Notes: generated by a model from the sequence alone, not told the origin. DNA of 64,000 bases from Planctomycetota bacterium (GCA_031409275.1 JANNXA010000018.1:32001-96000), one strand, 5' to 3'; shown: positions 11,926-22,297, numbered from the stretch's first letter. Program-made: numbers and translations.

Positions 11926-12825
11926 TCAGCTGACGAGCGTGCGGCGCGCCGCCGTCGTCAGCGCGAGGACGGCAGGGTGGCGGATGCGCCGTTCGATCGA
12001 GATCGCGTAGTAGCGCATGCGCACCTCGTCGATGCGGCCGCAGGTCACGAGGCGGTGTTGCCGCTTCACTTCCGCTTCGACGGTCGCCGGAATCGCGACG
12101 AGCCCGAGTTCCTGCTCGGCCATCACCTTGAGCAGCGCAGTGTCGTCGCACTCGGCGACCACTTCCGGCTGCACTCCGATCTCCTCGAACCACTGGTCGA
12201 GCGCGCGTCGCTGCGCCGAGAGCGGCGAAGGCAGCAGCATGGGGAGCCCCTGCAGGCTGCTCGGGAAGCGGCGGCGGGCGGTGGCGGCGAGGCGGCGCGC
12301 GCCCATGATCAACAGCTCCGATTCGCCGAGCAGATGGCTGAAGGCCTTGATGCGCACGCCAGGGCCGACCGGCGCGTCGGTGATCACCACGTCGAGCGCA
12401 TGACCCGCGAGCTGCTGCAGCAGGCGATCGTGGTGGTCCTCGCGCACTTCGAGTCGCACCTTCTCCGGCAGCCTCAGCGCGGGCTCGAGCAGTCGGAAGG
12501 CGACGAGCTTCGGGACGATGTCGGCCACGCCGACCACGAGCCGCAACGGGCGGCCGGTCGGACGGCCGCGCACGGTGTCGAGCAGCTCCTTGCCGAGCCC
12601 GAAGATCTCCTCGGCGTAGCGCTTCACGAGGTGGCCGCTGTCGGTCAGCTCGAGGCCGCGCCCATTGCGCAGGAAGAGCGGCCCGCCGAGCGCGCGCTCG
12701 AGATCGCGGATCTGCGCGCTGATCGTGGGCTTGGTGAGGTGGAGCTGCGCGGCGGCGCGCGCCAGCGAGCCTTCCCGGGCGGTGGTCCAGAAATAGAGCA
12801 GGTGGTGGTAGTTGAGCCACTCCAT
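11926..12825 (-). CDS. nhaR: LysR-family transcriptional activator NhaR
   Basis: MEWLNYHHLLYFW N-terminus, VGVADIVPKLVA and ERRIRHPAV typical of NhaR; nhaA nearby. Confidence 0.9.
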   Translation of the reverse strand: MEWLNYHHLLYFWTTAREGSLARAAAQLHLTKPTISAQIRDLERALGGPLFLRNGRGLELTDSGHLVKRYAEEIFGLGKELLDTVRGRPTGRPLRLVVGVADIVPKLVAFRLLEPALRLPEKVRLEVREDHHDRLLQQLAGHALDVVITDAPVGPGVRIKAFSHLLGESELLIMGARRLAATARRRFPSSLQGLPMLLPSPLSAQRRALDQWFEEIGVQPEVVAECDDTALLKVMAEQELGLVAIPATVEAEVKRQHRLVTCGRIDEVRMRYYAISIERRIRHPAVLALTTAARRTLVS

Positions 12826-12869
12826 GACGCGATCGTAGTGCGGCGGGCGGCTTGCGCTACGCTGCCGCC

Positions 12870-13511
12870 ATGAGCCTGCTCGACAAACTCTTCGAGAACA
12901 ACCGCAGTTGGTCGCAGAAGATCACCGCCGACGATCCTGAGTTCTTCTCGCGCCTCGCGCGCCAGCAGGCGCCGGAGTACCTCTGGATCGGCTGCTCCGA
13001 CAGCCGGGTTCCGGCGAACCAGGTGGTGGGGCTGCTGCCGGGCGAGGTCTTCGTCCACCGCAACGTCGCCAACCTCGTTCAGCACACCGACTTCAATTGC
13101 CTGTCGGTGCTGCAGTACGCGGTCGACGTCCTCAAGGTGAAGCACGTGATCGTCTGCGGCCACTACGGCTGCAGCGGCGTGCGGGCGGCGCTGGACGGGC
13201 GGCCGCTGGGCCTGATCGACCACTGGCTTCGCCACGTGCAGGATCTCTATCACCACCACGCGTCCAAGGTCGACTTGCTGGCGGGCGAGGAGCGCGTCGA
13301 TCGAATGTGCGAGTGGAACGTCATCGAGCAGGTCGGTCACCTTGGCCGCGCGACCATCGTGCAGGACGCCTGGCGGCGCGGGCAACCGCTGCACCTGCAT
13401 GGCGTCATCTACGGCCTCTCCGATGGCCTGCTGCGCGACCTTGGCGTCGGCTGCTCGTCGGCGGCGGAGGCGCAACAGCTGCAGCGGCGGCTCGAGCGAC
13501 CGCAGGCGTAG
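12870..13511 (+). CDS. can: Beta-class carbonic anhydrase
   Basis: WIGCSDSRVP, HRNVAN and CGHYGCSGV zinc motifs. Confidence 0.95.
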   Translation: MSLLDKLFENNRSWSQKITADDPEFFSRLARQQAPEYLWIGCSDSRVPANQVVGLLPGEVFVHRNVANLVQHTDFNCLSVLQYAVDVLKVKHVIVCGHYGCSGVRAALDGRPLGLIDHWLRHVQDLYHHHASKVDLLAGEERVDRMCEWNVIEQVGHLGRATIVQDAWRRGQPLHLHGVIYGLSDGLLRDLGVGCSSAAEAQQLQRRLERPQA

Positions 13512-13520
13512 CGAGCAGCG

Positions 13521-13543
13521 ATCGTTCGAGAAGATCGAACGAT
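13521..13543. promoter_or_regulatory. Palindromic putative LysR (NhaR) binding site
   Basis: ATCGTTCGA-gaaga-TCGAACGAT, a perfect 9-bp inverted repeat containing T-N11-A, 78 bp upstream of the HPF-like gene. Confidence 0.55.
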
Positions 13544-13620
13544 TCGTGCCAATCCGATGACTGGACCTTCCGTCGATCCGGGTCGATGATCCCCCGTCGA
13601 ACCAACACGGGACGGAACTC

Positions 13621-13929
13621 ATGCGACTCGCGATTCACATCGAGCCTGAAAGCGGACCGAGCCTGCGCGACCTGATCGACCATCGGCTCGCCTACGCGCT
13701 GGCTCGGCATGCACCACGCATCACTTCGACCACCATCGTGCTCGAGCGCGGCTCGGACTCGGTCCGGCTGGCGGTGATCGCGGTGTTGCGCGACGGCGCG
13801 CCGATCCACCTGCGCGAGGAGTCGCGCGATCCTGCGTTGGCAGTCGATCGAGCGGCGGCGCGCCTGCAGCGGTTGCTGCGGCTGCGCCTCGGCTCGAAGG
13901 TCGACGAACGCTCCACGTTGGCGTCTTGA
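13621..13929 (+). CDS. HPF/RaiA-like (ribosome-associated) small protein
   Basis: 102 aa; pattern 'L...I..RL..AL.R....I.......AVDRAA.RL.R.L' resembles the short HPF-like proteins found at nhaR loci. Confidence 0.6.
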   Translation: MRLAIHIEPESGPSLRDLIDHRLAYALARHAPRITSTTIVLERGSDSVRLAVIAVLRDGAPIHLREESRDPALAVDRAAARLQRLLRLRLGSKVDERSTLAS

Positions 13930-13989
13930 CCCGACGTTGGAGATGAAACTGAAGTTGAGATCGAACGGCGCCGCTTGAATGGCGGCGCG

Positions 13990-14037
13990 ACCGTCGCCCG
14001 CTCGGCTCCCTCTCCGGGCGGGGCGACGGTGTCTTTT
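13990..14037 (+). terminator. Putative intrinsic terminator/attenuator hairpin
   Basis: 16-bp GC-rich stem (13990-14005 / 14014-14030, one bulge) followed by GTCTTTT. Confidence 0.5.
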
Positions 14038-14106
14038 GGGTGCGCTGCGGTGTGCGACCGCTGCGGCGCGCCCTTCTCGTGTTGAAGGAACGGAAAGGTC
14101 ATCGCT

Positions 14107-15177
14107 GTGGAAATCCTGACGATCCTGCTGTTGGTTGGCGGCTTCCTGACCATGCTGGTCGGCGGCGAGCTGCTGGTGCGCCATGCCGCGCGTTTCGCGG
14201 CGCTGGTCGGCATGTCACCGCTCGTGATCGGGCTCACCATCGTCGCCTTCGGCACCAGCGCGCCCGAACTCGCGGTGAGCGTGATCGCAGGTTACGAGGG
14301 CAAGGGCGATGTCGCGGTTGGCAACGTCGTCGGCAGCAACACCTTCAACATCCTCTTCATCCTGGGTGCGTGCGCCGCCGTCAGTCCGCTCTTCTTCGGC
14401 CGCACGCTGGCGTGGATCGACGTGCCGATCATGATCGGCAGCGCGCTGTTGCTGCCGGTCCTGGCGCGCGACGGTCACGTGCAGTGGGTCGAAGGGGCGT
14501 TGCTGATCGCAGCGCTCGCGGCCTACACGCTCTTCGTGGTGCGGCGTGAAGGGAAGCGCATGCTCGAGGACGGCGGCGCCATCGAGCGGCCGCAGGGACG
14601 CAAGGACGTCGCGCTCGTGTGGATCGTCGGCGCGCTGGCGGTGCTGGTGATCGGCTCGCGCTGGTTCGTCGACGGGGCGGTGCGCATGGCGCAGGCGTTC
14701 GGCGTGAGCGAACTCGTGATCGGACTGACGATCGTGGCGGCCGGCACCTCGCTTCCCGAGGTCATCACCTCGATCCTCGCGACGATTCGCGGGCAGCGCG
14801 AGATCGCCGCTGGAAACGTCGTCGGGAGCAACATCTTCAACGTGCTCGGCGTGCTTGGAACCTCGGCGATCGCCGGCGGCAGCGTGAAGGTGTCGGAGCA
14901 GGTCATCGCCCTCGACGGACCGATCATGGTCGCGGTGTCGCTGGTGCTCTTCGCCTCCGTCGCACGCGGGCTCAAGATCGGTCGTATTCACGGCCTGCTC
15001 TTCCTTGCCGGGTACGCGGCCTACACGGCCTGGCTCATCCTGCATGCGGGTCGATCGACGGCTCTGCCGCAGTTCGAGCGCGCGTTGATCTGGTACTGCC
15101 TGCCGATCGCCACGCTGCTGTTCCTCGGAATGATCGCGCGCAAGCCGGCCCCGATCGCGCAGGCGACGCAGCCATGA
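14107..15177 (+). CDS. Calcium/sodium antiporter (YrbG/CaCA family)
   Basis: Two alpha repeats, GTSAPE...GNVVGSN and GTSLPE...GNVVGSNIFN. Confidence 0.93.
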   Translation: MEILTILLLVGGFLTMLVGGELLVRHAARFAALVGMSPLVIGLTIVAFGTSAPELAVSVIAGYEGKGDVAVGNVVGSNTFNILFILGACAAVSPLFFGRTLAWIDVPIMIGSALLLPVLARDGHVQWVEGALLIAALAAYTLFVVRREGKRMLEDGGAIERPQGRKDVALVWIVGALAVLVIGSRWFVDGAVRMAQAFGVSELVIGLTIVAAGTSLPEVITSILATIRGQREIAAGNVVGSNIFNVLGVLGTSAIAGGSVKVSEQVIALDGPIMVAVSLVLFASVARGLKIGRIHGLLFLAGYAAYTAWLILHAGRSTALPQFERALIWYCLPIATLLFLGMIARKPAPIAQATQP

Positions 15178-16538
15178 ACGAGGACACGGATCGCCCTTCC
15201 GGCCTGCCCATCGCGCCGGTCGAGCAGTGGACCGCCCCGATTCGCCGGTTCCTGCACGTCGAATCGGCGAGCGGCATCGTGCTGCTCGCCTGCACGGTGG
15301 TCGCGCTCGCGCTGGCGAACTCGCCGCTCGCCGCCGCCTTCGCGTCGTTCTGGCACACCAAGGTCGAGTTCGCGCTCGGCAGCTTCGTGCTGAAGGGCGA
15401 CCTTGGCCACCTCGTGATCAACGACGGGTTGATGGCGCTGTTCTTCTTCGTCGTCGGGCTCGAGATCAAGCGCGAGCTGGTGACCGGTGAGTTGCGCGAT
15501 CGGCGCAAGGCGCTGCTGCCGGTCCTCGCCGCCGTTGGCGGGATGGTGGTGCCGGCCGGCGTCTACCTGCTGCTCCAGTGGGGCGAGACCGGTCAGCGCG
15601 GCTTCGCGATCCCCATGGCGACGGACATCGCGTTCGTGGTCGGCTTCCTGGCGCTGTTCGGGCCGCGCGTGCCGTTCGGGTTGAAGATCTTCCTGCTGTC
15701 GCTGGCGATCGTCGATGACCTCGGCGCCGTCGTCGTGATCGCGCTTGGCTATTCGGGCGCGCTCGCCACGGGTTGGCTCGCGCTGGCCGCTGCGGGGCTC
15801 GCGCTCATCGTGGGGCTGAACCGCATCGGCGTGCGCTCGGTGGGCGTCTACGTCTGCGTTGGAGCGTTCATCTGGTTGGCGACGTTGCAGTCGGGCGTCC
15901 ACCCGACCGTTGCCGGGGTGTTCCTCGGCTTGTTGACTCCAGCGAGCGCCTGGGTGAGCGGCGCGGCCGTGGGGTCGACGGTCGGCCTCCTCTCGGATCG
16001 AGTGCGCAGCCGCGGAGCCGCGGTTGCGGATCGCGCCGCGCAGGAAGAGCTCGAGCAGCTCGAGTTCGCCGCGCGCGAAGCGACGTCGCCGCTGGTGCGG
16101 CTGGAGCGGGCGCTCCATCCATGGGTTGCGTTCGGGATCATGCCCGTGTTCGCGCTGGCCAACGCCGGTGTGGCGCTCGAAGCGTCGGCTTTGCGCGAGC
16201 CGGTGGCGTTGGCCGTGGCGGCCGGACTCGTGGTCGGGAAGCCGATCGGCATCCTGCTGTTCTCCTGGCTGTCGGTGCGCTTGGGCGCGACACGCCTGCC
16301 GGACGGGGTGAACTGGCCGATGATGGTCGGCGGGGGCTGCCTCGCGGGCATCGGCTTCACGATGGCGCTCTTCATCAACGGACTCGCCTTCCCCGTCGCC
16401 GAGTTCCCCAGCAAGGAAGCCGCCGGGAAGTTCGGAATCATGGTCGGCTCGCTGGTGAGCGTGGTTTTGGGCGCGACGATTCTGGCAGTCGCCTTCCGTG
16501 CGGCGGCTCGCGCGCGCGGTGCCGCCGCCGGCGCCTGA
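15174..16538 (+). CDS. nhaA: Na+/H+ antiporter NhaA
   Basis: INDGLM, GLEIKRE, MATDIAF, LAIVDD, GKPIG and GIGFTMALF motifs; ATGA overlap with the upstream gene. Confidence 0.95.
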   Translation: MNEDTDRPSGLPIAPVEQWTAPIRRFLHVESASGIVLLACTVVALALANSPLAAAFASFWHTKVEFALGSFVLKGDLGHLVINDGLMALFFFVVGLEIKRELVTGELRDRRKALLPVLAAVGGMVVPAGVYLLLQWGETGQRGFAIPMATDIAFVVGFLALFGPRVPFGLKIFLLSLAIVDDLGAVVVIALGYSGALATGWLALAAAGLALIVGLNRIGVRSVGVYVCVGAFIWLATLQSGVHPTVAGVFLGLLTPASAWVSGAAVGSTVGLLSDRVRSRGAAVADRAAQEELEQLEFAAREATSPLVRLERALHPWVAFGIMPVFALANAGVALEASALREPVALAVAAGLVVGKPIGILLFSWLSVRLGATRLPDGVNWPMMVGGGCLAGIGFTMALFINGLAFPVAEFPSKEAAGKFGIMVGSLVSVVLGATILAVAFRAAARARGAAAGA

Positions 16539-16629
16539 CCCGGCCCGGCGGTTGCTGGCGCTACGCTGTTGGCCGCCATCCACCTCCCGCACTCAAGCGC
16601 CCGCGCCCTGAACCGCAGAAAGAGCCCTC

Positions 16630-18501
16630 TTGTCCATTCCGCCACGAGCTCCTGAGCCCAAGCGCAAGACGCGCTTCCACGTCGTGTTCCTGCTGCTCGC
16701 CATCACGGGCGTCCTGTTCCTGCATGAGCTGATCGATGGCGCGACCGTCAAGCGCATCGACTACAGCGACTTCCTGGCGCAGTTGGACAAGAAGAGCGTC
16801 GAGGAGGTGATCGTCGCCGCCGACGAGATCCGCGGCACGTTCATCGATCCAGAGACCGGCGAGAAGAGCGGGTTCGTCACGACGCGCCTCGATCCGAAGC
16901 TCGCCGAGGAGCTGAAGAAGTCGGGCGTGACCTTCCGCGGCCAGCCGCAGTCGCTGCTGGTCGGCGTGATGGGGTGGTTGCTGCCGATCGCCTTCTTCGT
17001 CGTGATCTGGGTGTTGATGAACCGGCAGATGGGGGGCAAGGGCGCCGCCGGCTTCATGAACATCGGCAAGAGCAAGGCGCGCGTCTACGTCGAGAGCGAC
17101 ACCAAGGTGACCTTCGCCGACGTGGCGGGCGTCGATGAAGCGAAGGACGAGCTGAAGGAGATCGTCGACTTCCTGAAGGACCCGGTCGGCCACGGCCGAC
17201 TCGGCGGCCGCATGCCGCGCGGCGTGATGCTGGTGGGACCGCCAGGCACCGGCAAGACGCTGCTGGCGCGGGCGGTGGCCGGCGAGGCGGGCGTGCCGTT
17301 CTTCTCGATCAGCGGCTCCGAGTTCGTCGAGATGTTCGTCGGCGTCGGCGCGGCGCGCGTGCGCGACCTGTTCGAGCAGGCCAAGGAGAAGGCGCCGGCG
17401 ATCATCTTCATCGACGAGCTCGACGCCTTGGGCAAGGCACGCGGCGCCGGCCCGATGTATGGCGGCCACGACGAGAAGGAACAGACGCTGAACCAGCTGC
17501 TGGTCGAGCTCGATGGCTTCGACCCCCGCGCCGGCATCGTCTTGATCGCAGCCACCAACCGTCCCGAGATCCTCGACCCCGCGCTGCTGCGTGCCGGCCG
17601 CTTCGATCGCCAGGTGCTGGTCGATCGTCCCGACCATCGCGGCCGGGTGCAGATCCTCGAGGTCCACCTGAAGAAGGTGAAGACCGCGCCGGGGCTGCAG
17701 GTCGAGCAGGTCGCGTCGCTCACTCCGGGTTTCACCGGCGCCGACCTCGCCAACCTCTGCAACGAAGCGGCGCTGGTCGCCACGCGTCGCAAGGGCGAGC
17801 TCGTCGAGCTGAACGACTTCACGCTGGCCGTCGAGCGCATCGTCGCCGGCCTCGAGAAGCGCAATCGCATCCTGAACGAGCGCGAGCGGACGGTCGTCGC
17901 GCACCACGAGATGGGCCATGCGATCGTCGCTGCGGCCACGCCGGGCAGCGATCCGGTCCACAAGGTCTCGGTGATCCCGCGCGGCATCGGGGCGCTCGGC
18001 TACACGATGCAGCGGCCCACCGAGGATCGCTTCCTGATGACGCGTGAGGAGCTCGAGAACAAGATGGCGGTCCTGCTCGGGGGTCGCGCCGCCGAGCATC
18101 TGGTGTGGGGCCAGTTCTCGACCGGCGCCGCCGATGACCTCGAGCGGGCGACCCGCATCGCGCGCAGCATGGTCGCGCGCTACGGCATGACGGAGATCGG
18201 TCCCGTCTCCTACGACGACGACGGCGGCCACTTCCTGCAGCAGCAGAACCCGTTCGCGCCGCGCAGCGACAAGTCCGACGCCACCTCGCGCGAGATCGAC
18301 ATCGCCGTGCGCGGCCTCGTCGACCAGGCCTTCGTCCGTGCCCGCGCCATCCTCGCCAAGCACCAGCCGGTGCTGGTCGACGCGGCGAAGCAGCTGCTCG
18401 AGAGAGAGACGCTGGGCGAGGCCGATCTGAAGCCGATTTTCGAGCGGCTGAAGGAAGGCGGGGGAGCGAGCGGTGTCCCCGCGACCGCGCCGGCGACGTG
18501 A
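16630..18501 (+). CDS. ftsH: ATP-dependent zinc metalloprotease FtsH
   Basis: Two TM helices, Walker [45 protein letters not shown]. Confidence 0.96.
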   Translation: MSIPPRAPEPKRKTRFHVVFLLLAITGVLFLHELIDGATVKRIDYSDFLAQLDKKSVEEVIVAADEIRGTFIDPETGEKSGFVTTRLDPKLAEELKKSGVTFRGQPQSLLVGVMGWLLPIAFFVVIWVLMNRQMGGKGAAGFMNIGKSKARVYVESDTKVTFADVAGVDEAKDELKEIVDFLKDPVGHGRLGGRMPRGVMLVGPPGTGKTLLARAVAGEAGVPFFSISGSEFVEMFVGVGAARVRDLFEQAKEKAPAIIFIDELDALGKARGAGPMYGGHDEKEQTLNQLLVELDGFDPRAGIVLIAATNRPEILDPALLRAGRFDRQVLVDRPDHRGRVQILEVHLKKVKTAPGLQVEQVASLTPGFTGADLANLCNEAALVATRRKGELVELNDFTLAVERIVAGLEKRNRILNERERTVVAHHEMGHAIVAAATPGSDPVHKVSVIPRGIGALGYTMQRPTEDRFLMTREELENKMAVLLGGRAAEHLVWGQFSTGAADDLERATRIARSMVARYGMTEIGPVSYDDDGGHFLQQQNPFAPRSDKSDATSREIDIAVRGLVDQAFVRARAILAKHQPVLVDAAKQLLERETLGEADLKPIFERLKEGGGASGVPATAPAT

Positions 18502-18604
18502 CGTCCGACGGAGCAACGGTTCGACCGCAACCGACCGCCGCCGCCTCCTTACGCCCTTGCGCGCGCTCCGCTAGAACTCGCGCTCCTTCTCGCTGGAGCC
18601 GCGC

Positions 18605-20704
18605 ATGGTCGCTCGTCGTCGCGCCTTTTGCTTCCTGTGTGCTGCGACCCTCGCGGCGCTGGCCCTTGCGTCGCGCGGCGTCGCCCAGCAGGCGCCGCAA
18701 GCCGCGGTGGTGGGGGCACCACCCGCAAGCGCGACGGCAACGGGCAGCGGCGATGGCGCGCCGCTCGTACCGGTCGCGCTCGAACGCGTCATCAACCCCG
18801 AGCGCCTCCTCGTCAAGCCGCGCCGCGATGCGACGGCGGAGCAGGTGGCTGCAGCGCATGCGCGCGCGGGCGCGACCGTCGTCAGCGATCTGAAGCAGAT
18901 CGGCTGGCAGGTGGTGGCCGTGCCCTACGGCACTCACCTCGCGGCGCGGCAGAGCTACTTCGCCGACCCCGCCATCGAGCGCGCCGACCTCGATCGAGCG
19001 CGCCGTGTCGCGCATGTGCCGAACGACCCCTACTGGCCCTACCACTGGCACCTGCAGAACATCACGGCGGACCTTGCGTGGGACACGGTGAAGGGCGATC
19101 CGTCGGTGGTCGTGGCGGTGATGGACACCGGCCTCGAGGTGACCCATCCCGACCTTGCAGGCAACGTCTGGAGCAATCCGGGCGAGATCGCCGGCAACGG
19201 CATCGATGACGATGGCAACGGCTACGTCGATGACGTGAACGGCTACGACTTCGCCTATCTCGACGGCACGCCCAACGACAACTACGGCCACGGGACCGCG
19301 TGCGCGGGCATCGTCGCGGCGACGCAGGACAACGCGATCGGCGTCAGCGGCGTCGCGCCGACCTGCCGGCTCGCGGGCATCAAGGCGGCCAACGATTCGG
19401 GCTACTTCTACGACTCGGCCAACGTGCCGGCGTTCCTCTACTGCGCCGACATGGGCTTCAAAGTCATCTCGATGAGCTTCTTCAGCGACGACGTCACCGC
19501 CGCGGAACGCGATGCGGTCGACTATTGCTGGCAGCACGGCGTGGTCCTGGTTGCCGCCGCCGGCAACTCGCTCTCCGTGATCCCGTACTACCCGGGCGCC
19601 TACGAGCATGTGATCTCCGTCGCCGCGACCGATGGCGCCAACAACCCGACCTGGTTCACCGACTACGGCAGCTGGGTCGACGTCGCCGCGCCGGGCGTCG
19701 GGATCGCGACCACGACCGTCGGCGGCGGCTACACGACCGGTTTCGCCGGCACGTCGGCCGCCACGCCGCACGTCGCCGGTCTCGCCGGCCTCCTCTTCGC
19801 CGCCAACCCGGGTGCGAGCGCCGCCGCGGTCCGCGCCGCGCTCGAAGACACGGCCGTCGCCACCGTCAGCGCCGCGTGGGGCGAGTACACCAACTACGGA
19901 AAGATCGACTGCGATGCGGCCGTCGACCGCGTCACCGGCGTGACCAGCGGCAGCAAGACGGCGCGGTTCCTCTTCGCGGCGCCCGTCGGCGGCGATCGCA
20001 CGCGCGACCCGACGCTCGCCATGAGCGATCCGCGCCAGTCGATCCGCTTCTTCGGAGTCGGCCTCGAACGCCCGAACACCGTGCGCGTGCGCAGCGGCAA
20101 GCGCCGCATGCCGCTCTTCGCGCAGACGCGCCGCGAGGTGATCGCACCCTTCGCGACGCTGGCCGGACCGCGCGGCAGCGCCTTCTCGCCCACCTACGCT
20201 CTGGAAGTGAACGGCTCGGTGATCGGCTCGATCCAGTGGGACGACGGGCCGGGCCTCACCTACGCGCCGACCGATGTCGGCACCTACAACGCGACGGTCG
20301 TCGGCGGCTTCGCCGAGATCTATCGCGTCGACGGAGTGCTGTTGACCTGCAACGAGGCGTTCGGCTCGATCTACTGCGAGATTTCGGTGCGCAAGGTCGC
20401 GCCGCGCTCGCCATCGCGCCTCGACGTCGAGTTCACGCGCGGCTACGCCAACTGCACCGGCGGCAGCGAGACGCTGTGGGTCTACGACTGGAGCACCTGG
20501 AGCTACCCGTACGGAAGCTGGGTCGCGCTGTGGACCCGGTCGATCACCGGCTCGGCGCAGGAGAAGGTCACCACCGCCATCACGAGCGGCGCGGCGAACT
20601 ACCTCGACGACGAGGGGACGGCCTACTTCAAGCTGACCACTTCGGGTGCGGCGAGCGGCGGCCTGCTGCAAGCCGACGCCTTCCGCGTGACGGCGCACGA
20701 GTGA
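18605..20704 (+). CDS. Secreted subtilisin-like S8 serine peptidase with C-terminal extension
   Basis: Catalytic triad motifs MDTG, HGTACAG, GTSAATPHVAG; AAAGN oxyanion motif; signal peptide. Confidence 0.93.
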   Translation: MVARRRAFCFLCAATLAALALASRGVAQQAPQAAVVGAPPASATATGSGDGAPLVPVALERVINPERLLVKPRRDATAEQVAAAHARAGATVVSDLKQIGWQVVAVPYGTHLAARQSYFADPAIERADLDRARRVAHVPNDPYWPYHWHLQNITADLAWDTVKGDPSVVVAVMDTGLEVTHPDLAGNVWSNPGEIAGNGIDDDGNGYVDDVNGYDFAYLDGTPNDNYGHGTACAGIVAATQDNAIGVSGVAPTCRLAGIKAANDSGYFYDSANVPAFLYCADMGFKVISMSFFSDDVTAAERDAVDYCWQHGVVLVAAAGNSLSVIPYYPGAYEHVISVAATDGANNPTWFTDYGSWVDVAAPGVGIATTTVGGGYTTGFAGTSAATPHVAGLAGLLFAANPGASAAAVRAALEDTAVATVSAAWGEYTNYGKIDCDAAVDRVTGVTSGSKTARFLFAAPVGGDRTRDPTLAMSDPRQSIRFFGVGLERPNTVRVRSGKRRMPLFAQTRREVIAPFATLAGPRGSAFSPTYALEVNGSVIGSIQWDDGPGLTYAPTDVGTYNATVVGGFAEIYRVDGVLLTCNEAFGSIYCEISVRKVAPRSPSRLDVEFTRGYANCTGGSETLWVYDWSTWSYPYGSWVALWTRSITGSAQEKVTTAITSGAANYLDDEGTAYFKLTTSGAASGGLLQADAFRVTAHE

Positions 20705-20717
20705 CCGGTCGCGGCGG

Positions 20718-22289
20718 ATGAACTCCCTCGCGCACCTTCGCCTTCCCACAGTCCTGCTTTTCGCCGCGGCGTTCGCGCCGCTCGACGAGCGAATCGACGC
20801 GCCGCGCGCGGCCGACCTCTCGCAGCGAGTCGACCGCTGCCGCACCGCGCTCGGCGTTGCCCACTGGCAGGCGAGCGGACAGGAGCTGCTCCTCGAGGGA
20901 TCATCGATCGAAGAGGGGATGGAAGGGCCGTGGCGACTGCGAGTGAGCGCGGACGGCCGCTTCGCCGGTCAGCACGACACTCGCTTCCCGACTCGCTTCG
21001 GTTTCGACGGCGAGTCGACCTGGAGCGTCGATCGCTCGGGGCTCGCGACCCGCGGCCACCTCGAGGCGCGCGAGCAGGCACTGTTGTCGGCGGCGCTCTG
21101 GTCGGGCACTTGGTGCAGCGAGCAGGGGCCGCTCGCGATCTACGGCGAGTCCGATGGGGAGTTGCTGTTGCGACCGCGCAACGGCGAGCTCGCGGCCCGT
21201 GTCGCGATCGATCCGGCGAGCTCGCTGCCGAATCGACTCACGATCGAGACCTATCGCGGCGACTTCGTCTACGAGTACTCCGGTTGGAGCGCGCTCGAAG
21301 GCGGCTTGCAGGTGGCGCGCGACTGCCGTCTGGACGACAGTGGTCGGCAGAGCCGTTGGCACGTGCAGAGCGCGCAGTTCGTCGCTCCTGAACCGGACGC
21401 CTTCGCGTTTCCTGCGACCCGGCCGACCGACACCACCTTCGATCCGTCGCGACCGGCGCTGCTGACCTGCAAGATCGCGCGCACGCGTCATCTGCTGGTG
21501 CGCGCGGAACTCGACGGCGTCGACCACGGCTACTGGATCTTCGACAGTGGCGCCGGCGGCCTGGTCATCGACCCGAAGCTGGCGCAGAAGCTCGGTTACG
21601 AGCCCTACGGAGAGCTCTGGATCGGCGGCGCCGGCGCCGCGCGCACGGCGACCCACTACTACGAAGCGCGCTCGCTGCGGGTCGGCCCGGCGACCCTCGA
21701 TCGTCCTCGTCTCTCGAGCCTCGACCTCGACGCGCTCTCGGCGACCCTCGGCGCACCGCTGGTCGGGATCATCGGCTACGACTTCCTGCAACGCGTCGTC
21801 GCCACCGTCGACATGAAGGCGGGCCGCATCGAGATCGCCGATCCCGCCACCTTCACGCGCGTCGACGCCACCTGGCGGGCGCTGACCTTGCACGGTCACC
21901 ACCCTCACGTCGAATGCAGCTTCGGCCACGAAGGCGAGGAGTCGGCGCTGTTCCGGCTCGACACCGGCGCCGCCGGCGTGGCGGTCATCTTCCACTCGCC
22001 CTTCGTGCAGGAGAGCGGCCTGCTGACCGGGCGACCGACCGCGCCGTTCAACGGCCTTTCGGGCGTCGGCGGCGAATCGAAGGCGCGCATCGGGTTGATC
22101 GACTGGTTCGAACTCGGTGGTGTCGTCGTCGATCAGCCCACCGCGATCTTCGTCGAGGACGCGCACGGCGCGCTCGCGGACCCGTGGACCGCCGGCACGC
22201 TCGGCGGCGATCTGCTCGAGAAGTCGGACCTGATCTTCGACTATCCGCACGACCGCGTCGGCTTCGCGCCGCGCCGCGCCGCGAAGTAG
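20718..22289 (+). CDS. Secreted aspartyl protease family protein with two retropepsin-like domains
   Basis: IFDSGA...GIIGYDFL and LDTGA...GTLGGDLL. Confidence 0.8.
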   Translation: MNSLAHLRLPTVLLFAAAFAPLDERIDAPRAADLSQRVDRCRTALGVAHWQASGQELLLEGSSIEEGMEGPWRLRVSADGRFAGQHDTRFPTRFGFDGESTWSVDRSGLATRGHLEAREQALLSAALWSGTWCSEQGPLAIYGESDGELLLRPRNGELAARVAIDPASSLPNRLTIETYRGDFVYEYSGWSALEGGLQVARDCRLDDSGRQSRWHVQSAQFVAPEPDAFAFPATRPTDTTFDPSRPALLTCKIARTRHLLVRAELDGVDHGYWIFDSGAGGLVIDPKLAQKLGYEPYGELWIGGAGAARTATHYYEARSLRVGPATLDRPRLSSLDLDALSATLGAPLVGIIGYDFLQRVVATVDMKAGRIEIADPATFTRVDATWRALTLHGHHPHVECSFGHEGEESALFRLDTGAAGVAVIFHSPFVQESGLLTGRPTAPFNGLSGVGGESKARIGLIDWFELGGVVVDQPTAIFVEDAHGALADPWTAGTLGGDLLEKSDLIFDYPHDRVGFAPRRAAK

Positions 22290-22297
22290 CCGCGCGC

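Noticed and set aside
13943..13978. Leader peptide MKLKLRSNGAA as a standalone CDS
   Set aside because: GGAG directly abuts the ATG and there is no other support; mentioned only within the structured-leader finding.
17819..20845. 1008-aa minus-strand ORF
   Set aside because: Antisense shadow of ftsH and the S8 peptidase.
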